Below, in pieces: positions 10,445 through 18,934 of a DNA stretch of 64,000 bases. The notes beneath the pieces were generated by a model that made no database searches, was not told the origin of the DNA, and was given only the letters and a program-made list of their open reading frames with translations. Each line of letters starts with the position of its first letter. Position 1 is the first letter of the stretch. The translations under genes and the position numbers were made by a program. Origin of the DNA: an uncultured Thermoleophilia bacterium (lineage in GTDB: Bacteria; Actinomycetota; Thermoleophilia; UBA2241); NCBI GenBank assembly GCA_963702475.1, contig CAVPCT010000001.1, forward strand, positions 200,545-264,544. Direction: 5' to 3'.

Positions 10445-12796
10445 CTACTTGACGTTGTCCACGAAGACCGTCATGCCCGCGGAGGTCACGCTCCTGACGC
10501 GGATGCGCACGCCGAGTCCGGCCGGCACGGCGACTCCCGCTCCGGGAGTCTCCGGGAACCAGTACTGCCAGTCGTCGTTGAAGGCCGGCGCCGGCAGCTT
10601 GCCGGGCGCCTCACGTGCGCCCACGTTCACCCCTTCGCTGTAGTCCCGGAAGTAGATGGATTGGGCGGGTGTGTGCCCGAGACCGAAGGCCGCGTCCCGC
10701 AGCTGGATGCGCGGCCGCCAGTAGCCCGTCGTGTCATCGTAGGCGACCCCATCCGGGTTGGGCCGGGCGTCGACCACCAGCCACCCGCCCTCACCGGGGT
10801 GCGCGCTGACGTTGTTGTCCGTCCAGAACGTGTCGCGATAGATGAGGTGGAGGCCCTCGTTGTACGAGTACCAGTCGACCCAGGAGGTGAGGTCGCGGTC
10901 GAACTCGTAGCAGTTCTGCAGGCCGGCGTCGCTGCCCTCGTGGGTGCGGAACTCGGCGATGTAGTAGTTGTCGGTGTACAGGGTCTTCTGGCCGTCCACG
11001 CGCAGCCAGCCGTCGCTCGTGAACGCGGCCTCGGGCAGCGGTATGCCCCCGACGGCGATGGAGGTGACCTCCCAGCCGCGCTGGGTGACACCGACGTCGG
11101 TGACGTAGCGGAAACGCAGCAGGACCTTCTGTCCCGCCCAGGGGCTCAGGTCGTAGCGCACCGGGCGAGCCCACTGTCCGGTGTCGGAGCCGGTGAGCGC
11201 CCACACGCCGTCGGCGATCTCCTCGGTGAGGCGGTCGCTCCGGACCGTGGTCCAGCTTGCGCCGCCGTCGGTGGAGACGAGGACGAAGCCGAAGTCGTAC
11301 CCGTCCTCGATGTCGTACCAGGTGCGGAACGTGAGCGCGGGATCGGCGGCGGGGACCGTGACCGGGCTGACCGTGGTCAGCGTGGTGTCGATGCCGTCGC
11401 CCATGTCCGAGTACCACTCGTTGGCTCCGTCCTTGACGCTGAGCTCGACGACGTGTCTGCGTTTGGGCAGCTGGATGATGAAGCTCGTGGAGTCCTCGGC
11501 GCCCGTGGCGGCTGGCTCCAGCCTGATGGTGGCGGACGTACCGCGCTTGACCACCTTGGGCGTGGTGAACCCGAGCGCGGCCTTGTCCCACGCGTTCATG
11601 GGACCGGGCGCGCTGCCGAGGCCCCACTCACGGCCGAGCCACGACCCCTGCGCCATGACCGTCCAGAAGCCGGCCGCGTCCTGGGGGCTGCCGGCCGTGT
11701 CGTATTCGTCGGGCAGCCCGAGGTCGTGGGAGAACTCGTGGCAGAACACGCCCGGATCGCCGTCTTCGGGATCGAGGGTGTACGGGAAGACCCAGATGCC
11801 CTCGCCCTGCGGGCCCTGTCCGTCGGTGTCCGGCACCATCATGCCGGGCAGGTCGCCGGGGCCGCCGTTGACGCTGTGGTAGATGCCCGAGGAGTGGGGC
11901 CAGATGGCGTCGGAGCCCTGCGCTCCGCCGCCTGCGCTCTGCCCGCTTCCGGCGTGGATGATGATGAGGTGGTCCACGTACCCGTCGGGTTGGGCGAAGT
12001 CGTCGCCGGCGATGCCGAACTGGTTCTCACGGTCGTAGTCGGCCCAGGGGAAGTCGGGGTTCTCGGCGGCGAACTTGAGCACCGCGTCGCGGGCCACGCG
12101 CCACGCAGGGCCGGTGAGATCGTCGGTGACCTCCCACGGCGTGCTGTCGGCGCCGTACCACGACTCCGGCATGTCGAGCTTGACCCAGTTGCGGATCTCG
12201 CCCGCGACGGTGAAGGCGCCCTTGGACTGCTCCAGGAACCAGGTGCGCATGGTGGTGTCGTTGTCACCACGGTAGGAACCGGTGGCGTCGTACATCGGGA
12301 AGGAGTCGCCGAACAGCTCGAGCTGGTAGTGCCGGGGGGAGAAGTCGCCCGGCCAGAACGTGTTGTTATCGTCGGCGGACGGGGCGGGGATCTGCCCGTG
12401 CAGCGGTCCCGGCGTCATGGGTCCGGTCGGCGCCGGGGAGCCGGACGGCCACGCCTGGTCGCCGAACTCCACGAGGAGGACCAGCGCCTTGGTGGTGTAG
12501 GGCTGTGCGGCACCCCGCTCGCCGGTGCTCTTCCGGAGAAAGCTCGTCAGGGCGGTCTCGCCCCCGCTCGAGGTGCGCTCTACGAGGGGCGACTTGAGCT
12601 CGTACCGGGGAGCGGTGGCGTCCAGCGCACGCACCGCCCTGGCGGCCATGCGGCCGGTGGCCCAGGGCGCGATGACGCCGATGCGCTGGAGGTTACGCGC
12701 GATGAGGACCTCGTTCGGCGGCACGGCCCCGGCCGGCGCCGCCACGGCGAGCACGAGTAGAGTCGCGAGCACTGCCGCGACGGTGAGTCTGCGCAC
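10445..12796 (-). CDS. Secreted M6-family metalloprotease (immune inhibitor A-like)
   Basis: RBS GGGAGG, signal peptide, DGYVDHL.IIHAG, HEFSHDLGLPDEYD, WTVMAQGSW, WYDIEDGYDF, FRYVTD. Confidence 0.88.
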   Translation of the reverse strand: MRRLTVAAVLATLLVLAVAAPAGAVPPNEVLIARNLQRIGVIAPWATGRMAARAVRALDATAPRYELKSPLVERTSSGGETALTSFLRKSTGERGAAQPYTTKALVLLVEFGDQAWPSGSPAPTGPMTPGPLHGQIPAPSADDNNTFWPGDFSPRHYQLELFGDSFPMYDATGSYRGDNDTTMRTWFLEQSKGAFTVAGEIRNWVKLDMPESWYGADSTPWEVTDDLTGPAWRVARDAVLKFAAENPDFPWADYDRENQFGIAGDDFAQPDGYVDHLIIIHAGSGQSAGGGAQGSDAIWPHSSGIYHSVNGGPGDLPGMMVPDTDGQGPQGEGIWVFPYTLDPEDGDPGVFCHEFSHDLGLPDEYDTAGSPQDAAGFWTVMAQGSWLGREWGLGSAPGPMNAWDKAALGFTTPKVVKRGTSATIRLEPAATGAEDSTSFIIQLPKRRHVVELSVKDGANEWYSDMGDGIDTTLTTVSPVTVPAADPALTFRTWYDIEDGYDFGFVLVSTDGGASWTTVRSDRLTEEIADGVWALTGSDTGQWARPVRYDLSPWAGQKVLLRFRYVTDVGVTQRGWEVTSIAVGGIPLPEAAFTSDGWLRVDGQKTLYTDNYYIAEFRTHEGSDAGLQNCYEFDRDLTSWVDWYSYNEGLHLIYRDTFWTDNNVSAHPGEGGWLVVDARPNPDGVAYDDTTGYWRPRIQLRDAAFGLGHTPAQSIYFRDYSEGVNVGAREAPGKLPAPAFNDDWQYWFPETPGAGVAVPAGLGVRIRVRSVTSAGMTVFVDNVK

Positions 12797-12945
12797 AGGT
12801 CCCTCCCTTGGTCCGCCCAGGCACGGGTACCGGCCGGCGGCTGTGCCCGCCGCCGGCCGGTCCGAGTGTACTGTGCCGCTCCCACGCGCGCGAACGCGCC
12901 GCAGGCCTTCACCGTCAGTGGTCGGCATCCGCGCCTCTTCCCTCA

Positions 12946-12988
12946 AGAAACGCCGCGGGGCGGGGCGCCTTTGCGCCCCGCCCCGCGG
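12946..12988 (-). terminator. Intrinsic terminator downstream of the zinc-ribbon gene
   Basis: Perfect 16-bp stem (12953-12968/12973-12988), 4-nt loop, followed on the minus strand by CGTTTCTT. Confidence 0.7.
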
Positions 12989-12998
12989 GACCTCACGA

Positions 12999-13030
12999 GC
13001 GGCGCGACCGCGCCGCGGCGATCAGCCTCA
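12999..13030 (-). promoter_or_regulatory. Candidate bacterial SECIS element
   Basis: Minus strand reads UGA-GGCUGAUCGCC(11 nt)-GCGGCGC-GGUC-GCGCCGC, with the same spacing and GGUC loop as the E. coli fdhF SECIS. Confidence 0.65.
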
Positions 13031-13231
13031 GCCGAAGCGGCTGCCGGCCGGAGCCGAGCAGCCGCCGCCGGAGCTGGAACCGCCCAGGCTCTTGAGGAAG
13101 CTCGTGAACTTCTGGTGCACGTCCTCGGAGCCACACTCCGGGCAGACGCGGTCCTCGTCCTTGAGGAATCCCTGGCGGAACACTTCGAAACGGTTGCCGC
13201 AGGCGTCGCAGACCAGATCGTAGGAAGCCAT
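13022..13231 (-). CDS. FmdB-family zinc-ribbon protein, candidate selenoprotein (..GC..SRFG-U-G-stop); ends at 13028 without readthrough
   Basis: YDLVCDACGNRFE..CPECGS zinc ribbon, Gly/Ser tail, TGA-GGC-TGA followed by a SECIS-like hairpin. Confidence 0.8.
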
Positions 13232-13256
13232 GACCCTCCACGCGGTTGGTGTCCTG

Positions 13257-13299
13257 ATACCCTGGGGGGTATTATACCTTGCATCGCAGGGCGCGCAAA
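13257..13299 (-). promoter_or_regulatory. Promoter with a CsoR/CstR-family-like operator
   Basis: ATACCC-TGGG-GGGTAT (13257-13272) overlaps a minus-strand TATAAT (13271-13276); a -35-like TTTGCG lies at 13294-13299. Confidence 0.6.
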
Positions 13300-13367
13300 C
13301 GTCCGCCGTGGATTGTACGCTGTCACGCGTGACCGGCGCTCGCGCCGGAGGAACGAGAGGGGAGACC

Positions 13368-13886
13368 ATGAGGCGCACCAGGACCGTCCACTTGTTCGCG
13401 GCACTCGCGCTGATCGTGTCCGCGGCGCTCGCAGGGGGGCTCGCCGGCGCCTGCGGGTCCTCGTCCTCCGACGCGGCCTCGTCCTCAGGCTCGCCCTCGG
13501 CCGAGGTGCCGTTCATCCCGGCGGACGACTTCGACATCGCGGCGTATGCAGGCAAGCCGCTGGTGGTCAACTACTTCGGCTCCTGGTGCCCTCCGTGCAA
13601 CCTCGAGGCCCCGGCGCTCTCGTCCTGGCTTCAGTCCCACCCCGGCGCGCAGTTCGTCGGCATCGCCGTCGACGACACTGAGGACGGCGTGACCGGTTTC
13701 ATGGACGAGCACGACCTCTCGTATCCTGTGGTCCTCGACCCGGGCTGGAACCTCGCCAACGAGAACGGGGTGAGCGGCGTGCCCACGACGATCTTCTACG
13801 ACGCCGAGGGCAACGAGGTCGACCGCGTCGTCGGCGCCATCTCGGAGGCTCAGATCGACCTGAGCTACGCCAGGGCCTCCGAGTGA
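13368..13886 (+). CDS. TlpA/ResA-family thiol-disulfide oxidoreductase lipoprotein
   Basis: Lipobox-like LAGAC, GKPLVVNYFGSWCPPC, GVPTT. Confidence 0.88.
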   Translation: MRRTRTVHLFAALALIVSAALAGGLAGACGSSSSDAASSSGSPSAEVPFIPADDFDIAAYAGKPLVVNYFGSWCPPCNLEAPALSSWLQSHPGAQFVGIAVDDTEDGVTGFMDEHDLSYPVVLDPGWNLANENGVSGVPTTIFYDAEGNEVDRVVGAISEAQIDLSYARASE

Positions 13887-13952
13887 AGCCGGCGCGGCCG
13901 AGCCTTCGCCTGAGCCGCGCCGGCGTGTCCCGTCGCAGCTGACCGCCGCGCC

Positions 13953-14675
13953 GTGATCGCCGTCACCGTCACCAGCCTCAGCCTCTCGGCCGCCGCCCTG
14001 GCGTTCGTCGCCGGGCTGCTGTCGTTCATCTCGCCCTGCGTCCTGCCGCTGCTCCCCGTGTATCTTTCCTTCATCTCCGGCGTAGGGGTGGACCGGCTGG
14101 GCGGGGAGCGCCGCCGGCTGCTGTGGACGTCGCTGCTCTTCGTGGCCGGCTTCACCGTGGTGTTCATGGTCATGGGGGCGGGCGCCGGCGGCGTCGGCCG
14201 GCTCCTCGTGCGGTATCGCCAGGAGCTGACCATCGTGGCCGGCGCCTTCGTGGCCTTCAGCGGCCTGGTGGTGGCCGGCGTCATCCCTCTGCCCAAGCCG
14301 GTGATGCGGGTCTCGCCCAAGCATCGCGGCGCCGGCGGAGCGTTCGTCACCGGCGCCGCTCTCGCGGTGGGCTGGACGCCGTGTGTCGGCTACGTCCTCG
14401 GCGCCATCCTCAGCATGGCCGCCTCCAGCCAGAGCGCCGCGGCCGGGTCGCTGCTCCTGCTCATCTACTCGCTCGGCCTGGGCGTGCCGTTCGTCCTCGC
14501 GGCCCTGGCCTTCGACTGGGTGAGCGCCCGCCTCAAGGTCATCAAGCGCCACTACCGCGGCATCCAGATCGGTGCCGGCGTGCTGCTCGCCGTCTTCGGT
14601 GTGCTCATGATGCTCGGCGTGCTCGACCGGCTCACTCGCTGGCTGCCGTACGTCGCCCCGCCGGGCGGTCTCTGA
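13953..14675 (+). CDS. ccdA: Cytochrome c biogenesis protein CcdA
   Basis: AGLLSFISPCVLPLLP, GWTPCVG, YSLGLGVPF. Confidence 0.9.
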   Translation: MIAVTVTSLSLSAAALAFVAGLLSFISPCVLPLLPVYLSFISGVGVDRLGGERRRLLWTSLLFVAGFTVVFMVMGAGAGGVGRLLVRYRQELTIVAGAFVAFSGLVVAGVIPLPKPVMRVSPKHRGAGGAFVTGAALAVGWTPCVGYVLGAILSMAASSQSAAAGSLLLLIYSLGLGVPFVLAALAFDWVSARLKVIKRHYRGIQIGAGVLLAVFGVLMMLGVLDRLTRWLPYVAPPGGL

Positions 14676-14692
14676 GCGGTATCCTTGGGGCG

Positions 14693-17587
14693 ATGAGCCC
14701 CCGCCACCGCATCGCCGAGCCCACGCCCGAGGCTCGAGCCGCCGCCGAAGCCTTGCGACCGCTGGTCGCCGGCCAGATCTCCCTGTCGCCGCTGCAGCGC
14801 TGGCTGTACTCCACCGACGCCTCCAGCTACCGCGTGGTGCCCGACGCCGTCCTCGTGGCCGGCTCGGTCGACGACCTCCACGCGGTGATGGACGTGGCGC
14901 GCCGCTACGGCGTGCCCGTGGTGGCCCGCGGAGCGGCCAGCAGCTGCGCGGGCCAGGCCGTCGGTCCGGGCATCGCCGTTGACTGCTTTGGACTTGACCG
15001 GGTGCTCGCCATCGACCCGCGGGAGCGGACGGCGCGGGTCGAACCGGGCGTCGTCCAGGCCGCCCTCAACCGCGCCGCAGCCGTCCACGGCCTGGAGTTC
15101 GGACCCGACACGTCCACCGTGGACCAGGCCACCATCGGCGGCATGGTGGGCAACAACTCGTCCGGTTCGCGGTCGATCGTGTACGGGGAGACCCGGGACA
15201 AGGTCCTGGAGGTCCGTGCCGTCCTCGCGGATGGGTCGGAGCTGACCGTGGGCGCCTGCGACGGCGAGGATCTTCGCAGCGGGCTGCGTGGGGCGGCGGC
15301 GGACGCTGTGGCGGCGGGTCTCGTGGCCGTCCGCGAGGCGTTCCGCCGCCCGATCGCAGACGACTATCCGCGCACCCGCCGCTGCACGACGGGCTACGAC
15401 CTGCGCGCGCTGCTGGAGCCGCGGCCGAGGCTGGCCCGGCTCCTGGCCGGGTCAGAGGGCACCTTGGGCCTCTTCACCGGGATCGAGGTACGGCTGGACC
15501 CGCGCCCGGAACTGCGCGTGGGTGCGGCCCTCACCTTTCCGGCGCTGCGGCCTGCCCTGGAGGCGAACCTGGTCATCCTCGAGACCGGCCCTTCCGCGGT
15601 GGAGATGGTCGACCTGGTGCCGCTGCGGGCGGCTCCCAACCTCGCCGCGTACCGGCGCGTGGCCTCGCTGCTCGACGGTGACGAGCGGGCCATGCTCACG
15701 GTGGAGTACCAGGGCACGGAAGAGGATGCCCGGGCTGGGCTGGCGCGGCTGCGGGCCGTCGCCGGTGAGCTCGGTGCGGTCCGCGCGGTGTGGCTCGAGG
15801 AGGCGGCGGCCATGGCCGAGGCCGCCGCGTTGCGCCGTGCCGTGACGCCGCTGCTCATGGGGGCGCCCGGCGCCGCCCGGCCCACGGCCTTCGTGGAGGA
15901 CACGGCGGTGGCCCCCGAACGCCTGCCAGACTACCTGGACGCCTTCGAGGCGCTCGTCGCCGCGGCCGGCGCACGCGGCTCGTTCACCGGTCACGCTTCC
16001 GCGGGGTGCACGCACGTGCGGCCGCTGCTCGACCTGAAGACGGCGGCGGGCGTGCGGCAGATGGAGGAGCTCGCCGCAGGTGTGGCGCGTCTCGTGGCGG
16101 AGTACCACGGCGCCATCTCCGGCGAGCACGGCGTGGGGCGGGCGCGCAGCTGGGCCCTGCCCGGCGTGCTGGGGCAGGGCCTCTACGACGCCATGGTGGC
16201 CGTGAAGGACGTCTTCGACCCCGCCCGGTTGCTCGCTCCGGGCATCGTGGTCGACGGGCAAGGGGTGACCGAGGCCCTGCGGTACGGCGGCGACTACCGC
16301 GGGGGCCGCGCCTGGGCGCCGCGCCTGTCGTACGCCGCCGAGGGGGGGTTCGACGCGGCCGTGGAGCGCTGCTTCGGCGCCGGCCAGTGCAAGAAGACCA
16401 CCGGCACCATGTGTCCGCCGGCCGCGGCCACCGGCAGCGAGGCGCGGGCCACCAGGGCGCGGGCCAATGCACTGCAGGGCGTGGTGTGCGGCGCCGTTCC
16501 CCTGGCGGCCATCTCCACCGAGGAGTTCCGCGAGGTCCTGGGCACGTGCGTCGCCTGCAAGGCGTGCAAGACCGAGTGCCCGGCCGGCGTGGACGTCGCC
16601 GCCCTCAAGGCGGAGTGGTTGGCGGAAGTGCGCGCCCGTGAGGGCGTGCCGCCTCTGGCACGTGTGGCCGGCGGCTTCCGTCGCGCGGCGGCTCTGGCGG
16701 CACCGTTCGCTCCCCTCGTCAACGCCGCCGCCGGCACCCGCGCCGCACGCGCCGTCGCCGGCCGCTTGGGTGTCGCCGGTCGCCGGTCGCTCCCGCCGCT
16801 GGCGCGCCGGCCGCTCACGCGCCGCCTGCCGTCCTGCGGCGCCGAGGCCGGCAGGGCGCCCTCCGCCGGCCGGCCCTCCGCCGCCCTGTTCGTCGACTGC
16901 TTCGTGCAGTACCAGGAGCCTGAGGTGGGCGAGGCGCTCGCCGCGCTGCTGCGCGCCGCCGGCGTGCCGCTCGCCCTCGTCGATGCCGGCTGCTGCGGCC
17001 GTACGGCGCTGTCCACGGGGCAGATCGACAAGGCCCGCCGGGCTGCGGACCGTGCCTTGCGCGCGCTGGCGGAACATGCCGCCCGCGGCGAGCAGCTCCT
17101 CTTCGTCGAGCCGAGCTGCCTCTCCATGGTGCTCGACGACTGGCATCGGCTGCTGCCGGGCGACCCGCGCCTCGGCCCTGTCGCCGCGGCCGCGCGCCCC
17201 GCGCTCGGCCTGGTGGCCGATCTCGCGGAGAAGGGCCGCCTGCGCTTCCGCCCCGGCGGCCCAGCCCTCCTCCATGCGCACTGCCACGAGAAGGCCCTGG
17301 GCTTCCAGGCCGACACGGAGCGCGCCCTGCGCGCCGTCCCCGGCCTGGCCCTGCAGGCGCTGGACGCCGGCTGCTGTGGCATGTCCGGCGTCTTCGGCTA
17401 CGAGGCCGAGCACTACGACCTCAGCGTCGCCATGGCGGAGCGCGTGCTCCTGCCGGCGGTGCGGGCCGCGCCGCCGGCCGCCGCCGTGCTCGCCACCGGC
17501 ACATCGTGCCGCGCACAGCTCGCCGATCTGTCCGGCCGGCGGGCGGAGCACCCGTTGACCTTCCTGGCCGGGAGCCTCAGCCGCTGA
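14693..17587 (+). CDS. FAD-binding, Fe-S- and CCG-domain oxidoreductase (YdiJ/GlcDF-like 2-hydroxyacid dehydrogenase)
   Basis: YSTDAS, ATIGGMVGNNSSG, GSEGTLG, HVRP, SGEHG.G, CVACKACKTECP, CCGR, CCGMSG, GTSCR. Confidence 0.88.
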   Translation: MSPRHRIAEPTPEARAAAEALRPLVAGQISLSPLQRWLYSTDASSYRVVPDAVLVAGSVDDLHAVMDVARRYGVPVVARGAASSCAGQAVGPGIAVDCFGLDRVLAIDPRERTARVEPGVVQAALNRAAAVHGLEFGPDTSTVDQATIGGMVGNNSSGSRSIVYGETRDKVLEVRAVLADGSELTVGACDGEDLRSGLRGAAADAVAAGLVAVREAFRRPIADDYPRTRRCTTGYDLRALLEPRPRLARLLAGSEGTLGLFTGIEVRLDPRPELRVGAALTFPALRPALEANLVILETGPSAVEMVDLVPLRAAPNLAAYRRVASLLDGDERAMLTVEYQGTEEDARAGLARLRAVAGELGAVRAVWLEEAAAMAEAAALRRAVTPLLMGAPGAARPTAFVEDTAVAPERLPDYLDAFEALVAAAGARGSFTGHASAGCTHVRPLLDLKTAAGVRQMEELAAGVARLVAEYHGAISGEHGVGRARSWALPGVLGQGLYDAMVAVKDVFDPARLLAPGIVVDGQGVTEALRYGGDYRGGRAWAPRLSYAAEGGFDAAVERCFGAGQCKKTTGTMCPPAAATGSEARATRARANALQGVVCGAVPLAAISTEEFREVLGTCVACKACKTECPAGVDVAALKAEWLAEVRAREGVPPLARVAGGFRRAAALAAPFAPLVNAAAGTRAARAVAGRLGVAGRRSLPPLARRPLTRRLPSCGAEAGRAPSAGRPSAALFVDCFVQYQEPEVGEALAALLRAAGVPLALVDAGCCGRTALSTGQIDKARRAADRALRALAEHAARGEQLLFVEPSCLSMVLDDWHRLLPGDPRLGPVAAAARPALGLVADLAEKGRLRFRPGGPALLHAHCHEKALGFQADTERALRAVPGLALQALDAGCCGMSGVFGYEAEHYDLSVAMAERVLLPAVRAAPPAAAVLATGTSCRAQLADLSGRRAEHPLTFLAGSLSR

Positions 17588-17596
17588 GCGCGGGCG

Positions 17597-17618
17597 CGCA
17601 CCCCTCGCGAGGGGTGCG
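17597..17618 (+). terminator. GC-rich hairpin after the oxidoreductase gene
   Basis: CGCACCCCT-CGCG-AGGGGTGCG, 9-bp stem. Confidence 0.4.
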
Positions 17619-17632
17619 TGTACCATGACGCC

Positions 17633-17812
17633 GTGAGCGTCGTCATCCTCATCGCCGGCATCGCCGGCCTCGCCGTAGCGGGCTACGGTCTCGTCACGCT
17701 GTCACTGGACGCGGTCCGCCGCCGTCAGTACGTGGATGTCGCCGTGGCCGTGGCCGTGGCCGCCGGCGTCGTCGTCGCCCTCGTGCTGTGGGGCGACCGT
17801 CTGTTGCGCTGA
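17633..17812 (+). CDS. Small two-TM hypothetical protein
   Basis: TACCAT -10 element 6 nt before GTG; two hydrophobic helices. Confidence 0.55.
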   Translation: MSVVILIAGIAGLAVAGYGLVTLSLDAVRRRQYVDVAVAVAVAAGVVVALVLWGDRLLR

Positions 17813-17993
17813 GGCCGACGGCTCATGCACAGGCCGGAGCGTGCCGATACGGTGAGCGGCGGTCAGGAAAGCGGCATTGCGGCGCGCATGTCAGAATGGC
17901 GGCCGGCGAGAGCGCGCCCTCGCCGAAGCGGTCGCTTGCCGCCCTGAGGGACGTCGACGCCGGGCCTCAGGGCCCCGGTGAAAGAGTGAGGAC

Positions 17994-18578
17994 ATGACCA
18001 AACGCATCCTCGTCGTAGACGACGAGCCCGACATCCGCAGACTGGTGGCCGAGGCCCTCGAGGTGACGGGATACGACGTTCAATCCGCCGCCAACGGTGA
18101 CGAAGCCATACGTGCCGCCTCGCTGTTCCTCCCGGACCTCGTGCTGCTGGACATCATGATGCCCGATCTCGACGGCTTCGCCGTGTACGAGCGCCTGCGG
18201 GCCAAACCCGTCGACCTGAAGTCGCCCATCATCTTCCTCACCGCGCGGCGGGAGATCGACGACAAGCTGCTGGGCTTCGAGAAGGGCGCCGCCGACTACA
18301 TCACCAAGCCCTTCCACATCAAGGAACTGCTCGCCCGGGTCAAGGTGCACCTCGGTGAGCTGGGACCGCCCAAGGGGGATATCCACAACCCGCTCACCGA
18401 CCGGGAGCTCGAGGTGCTCGGCCTGCTTGCCAGCGGCAAGACGTACAAACAGGTGGCACGCGCCCTGGACCTTTCTCAGAGCACGGTGCGCAACCACCTG
18501 CACAACGTCTACCACAAGCTCAATGTGGTCGACCGCGCCCAGGCGGTCATCGTGAGTCGCGAGAACGGCTGGATCTGA
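17994..18578 (+). CDS. Response regulator (REC + LuxR-type HTH)
   Basis: ILVVDDE, LLDIMMP, DYITKPF; LTDRELEVL..TVRNHLHNVYHKL. Confidence 0.92.
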   Translation: MTKRILVVDDEPDIRRLVAEALEVTGYDVQSAANGDEAIRAASLFLPDLVLLDIMMPDLDGFAVYERLRAKPVDLKSPIIFLTARREIDDKLLGFEKGAADYITKPFHIKELLARVKVHLGELGPPKGDIHNPLTDRELEVLGLLASGKTYKQVARALDLSQSTVRNHLHNVYHKLNVVDRAQAVIVSRENGWI

Positions 18579-18613
18579 GGGGACGCCGCCTCGGGGCGGC
18601 GGTCACGTACGCG

Positions 18614-18654
18614 ACGCGGATGGGGACGGCCGTACCGGCCGTCCCCATCCGCGT
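18614..18654. terminator. Bidirectional terminator hairpin between convergent genes
   Basis: Perfect 19-bp stem ACGCGGATGGGGACGGCCG / CGGCCGTCCCCATCCGCGT with a 3-nt loop. Confidence 0.75.
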
Positions 18655-18659
18655 GCCGA

Positions 18660-18917
18660 TCAGGAAGCCGAAAACGGCATGTCGGGCAGCGACCAGGTGC
18701 TGACCTGGCCGCGGCGGTCGCCGCGGCGCCGTTCTGTGAACGGCCCGGGCCCCGTCACCCAGCGGTCGTGCCGGCGCTCGCCGACCCTGCGGTCGACGAT
18801 GACCATCACGTCGTCACGTCCCGCGAATCTCCTTGAGAGCCGCTCGTGGAAGTGGCTCTCAAGGGGCCGCGGGATGACGATGACCCTCGGCTGCACGCTC
18901 TCGATGGTCCCGGCCAT
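18660..18917 (-). CDS. Small hypothetical protein with DRRxxERR repeats
   Basis: RBS GGAGG, ATG 18917; VIVDRRVGERR..ERRRGDRR. Confidence 0.65.
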   Translation of the reverse strand: MAGTIESVQPRVIVIPRPLESHFHERLSRRFAGRDDVMVIVDRRVGERRHDRWVTGPGPFTERRRGDRRGQVSTWSLPDMPFSAS

Positions 18918-18934
18918 CCTTCCTCCCCAGACAG

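Noticed and set aside
16368-16415. Missing second Cys in the first Fe-S motif (CFGAGQC) of the FAD oxidoreductase
   Set aside because: YdiJ-family members commonly have a non-Cys residue at this position (CNGNGxC type).
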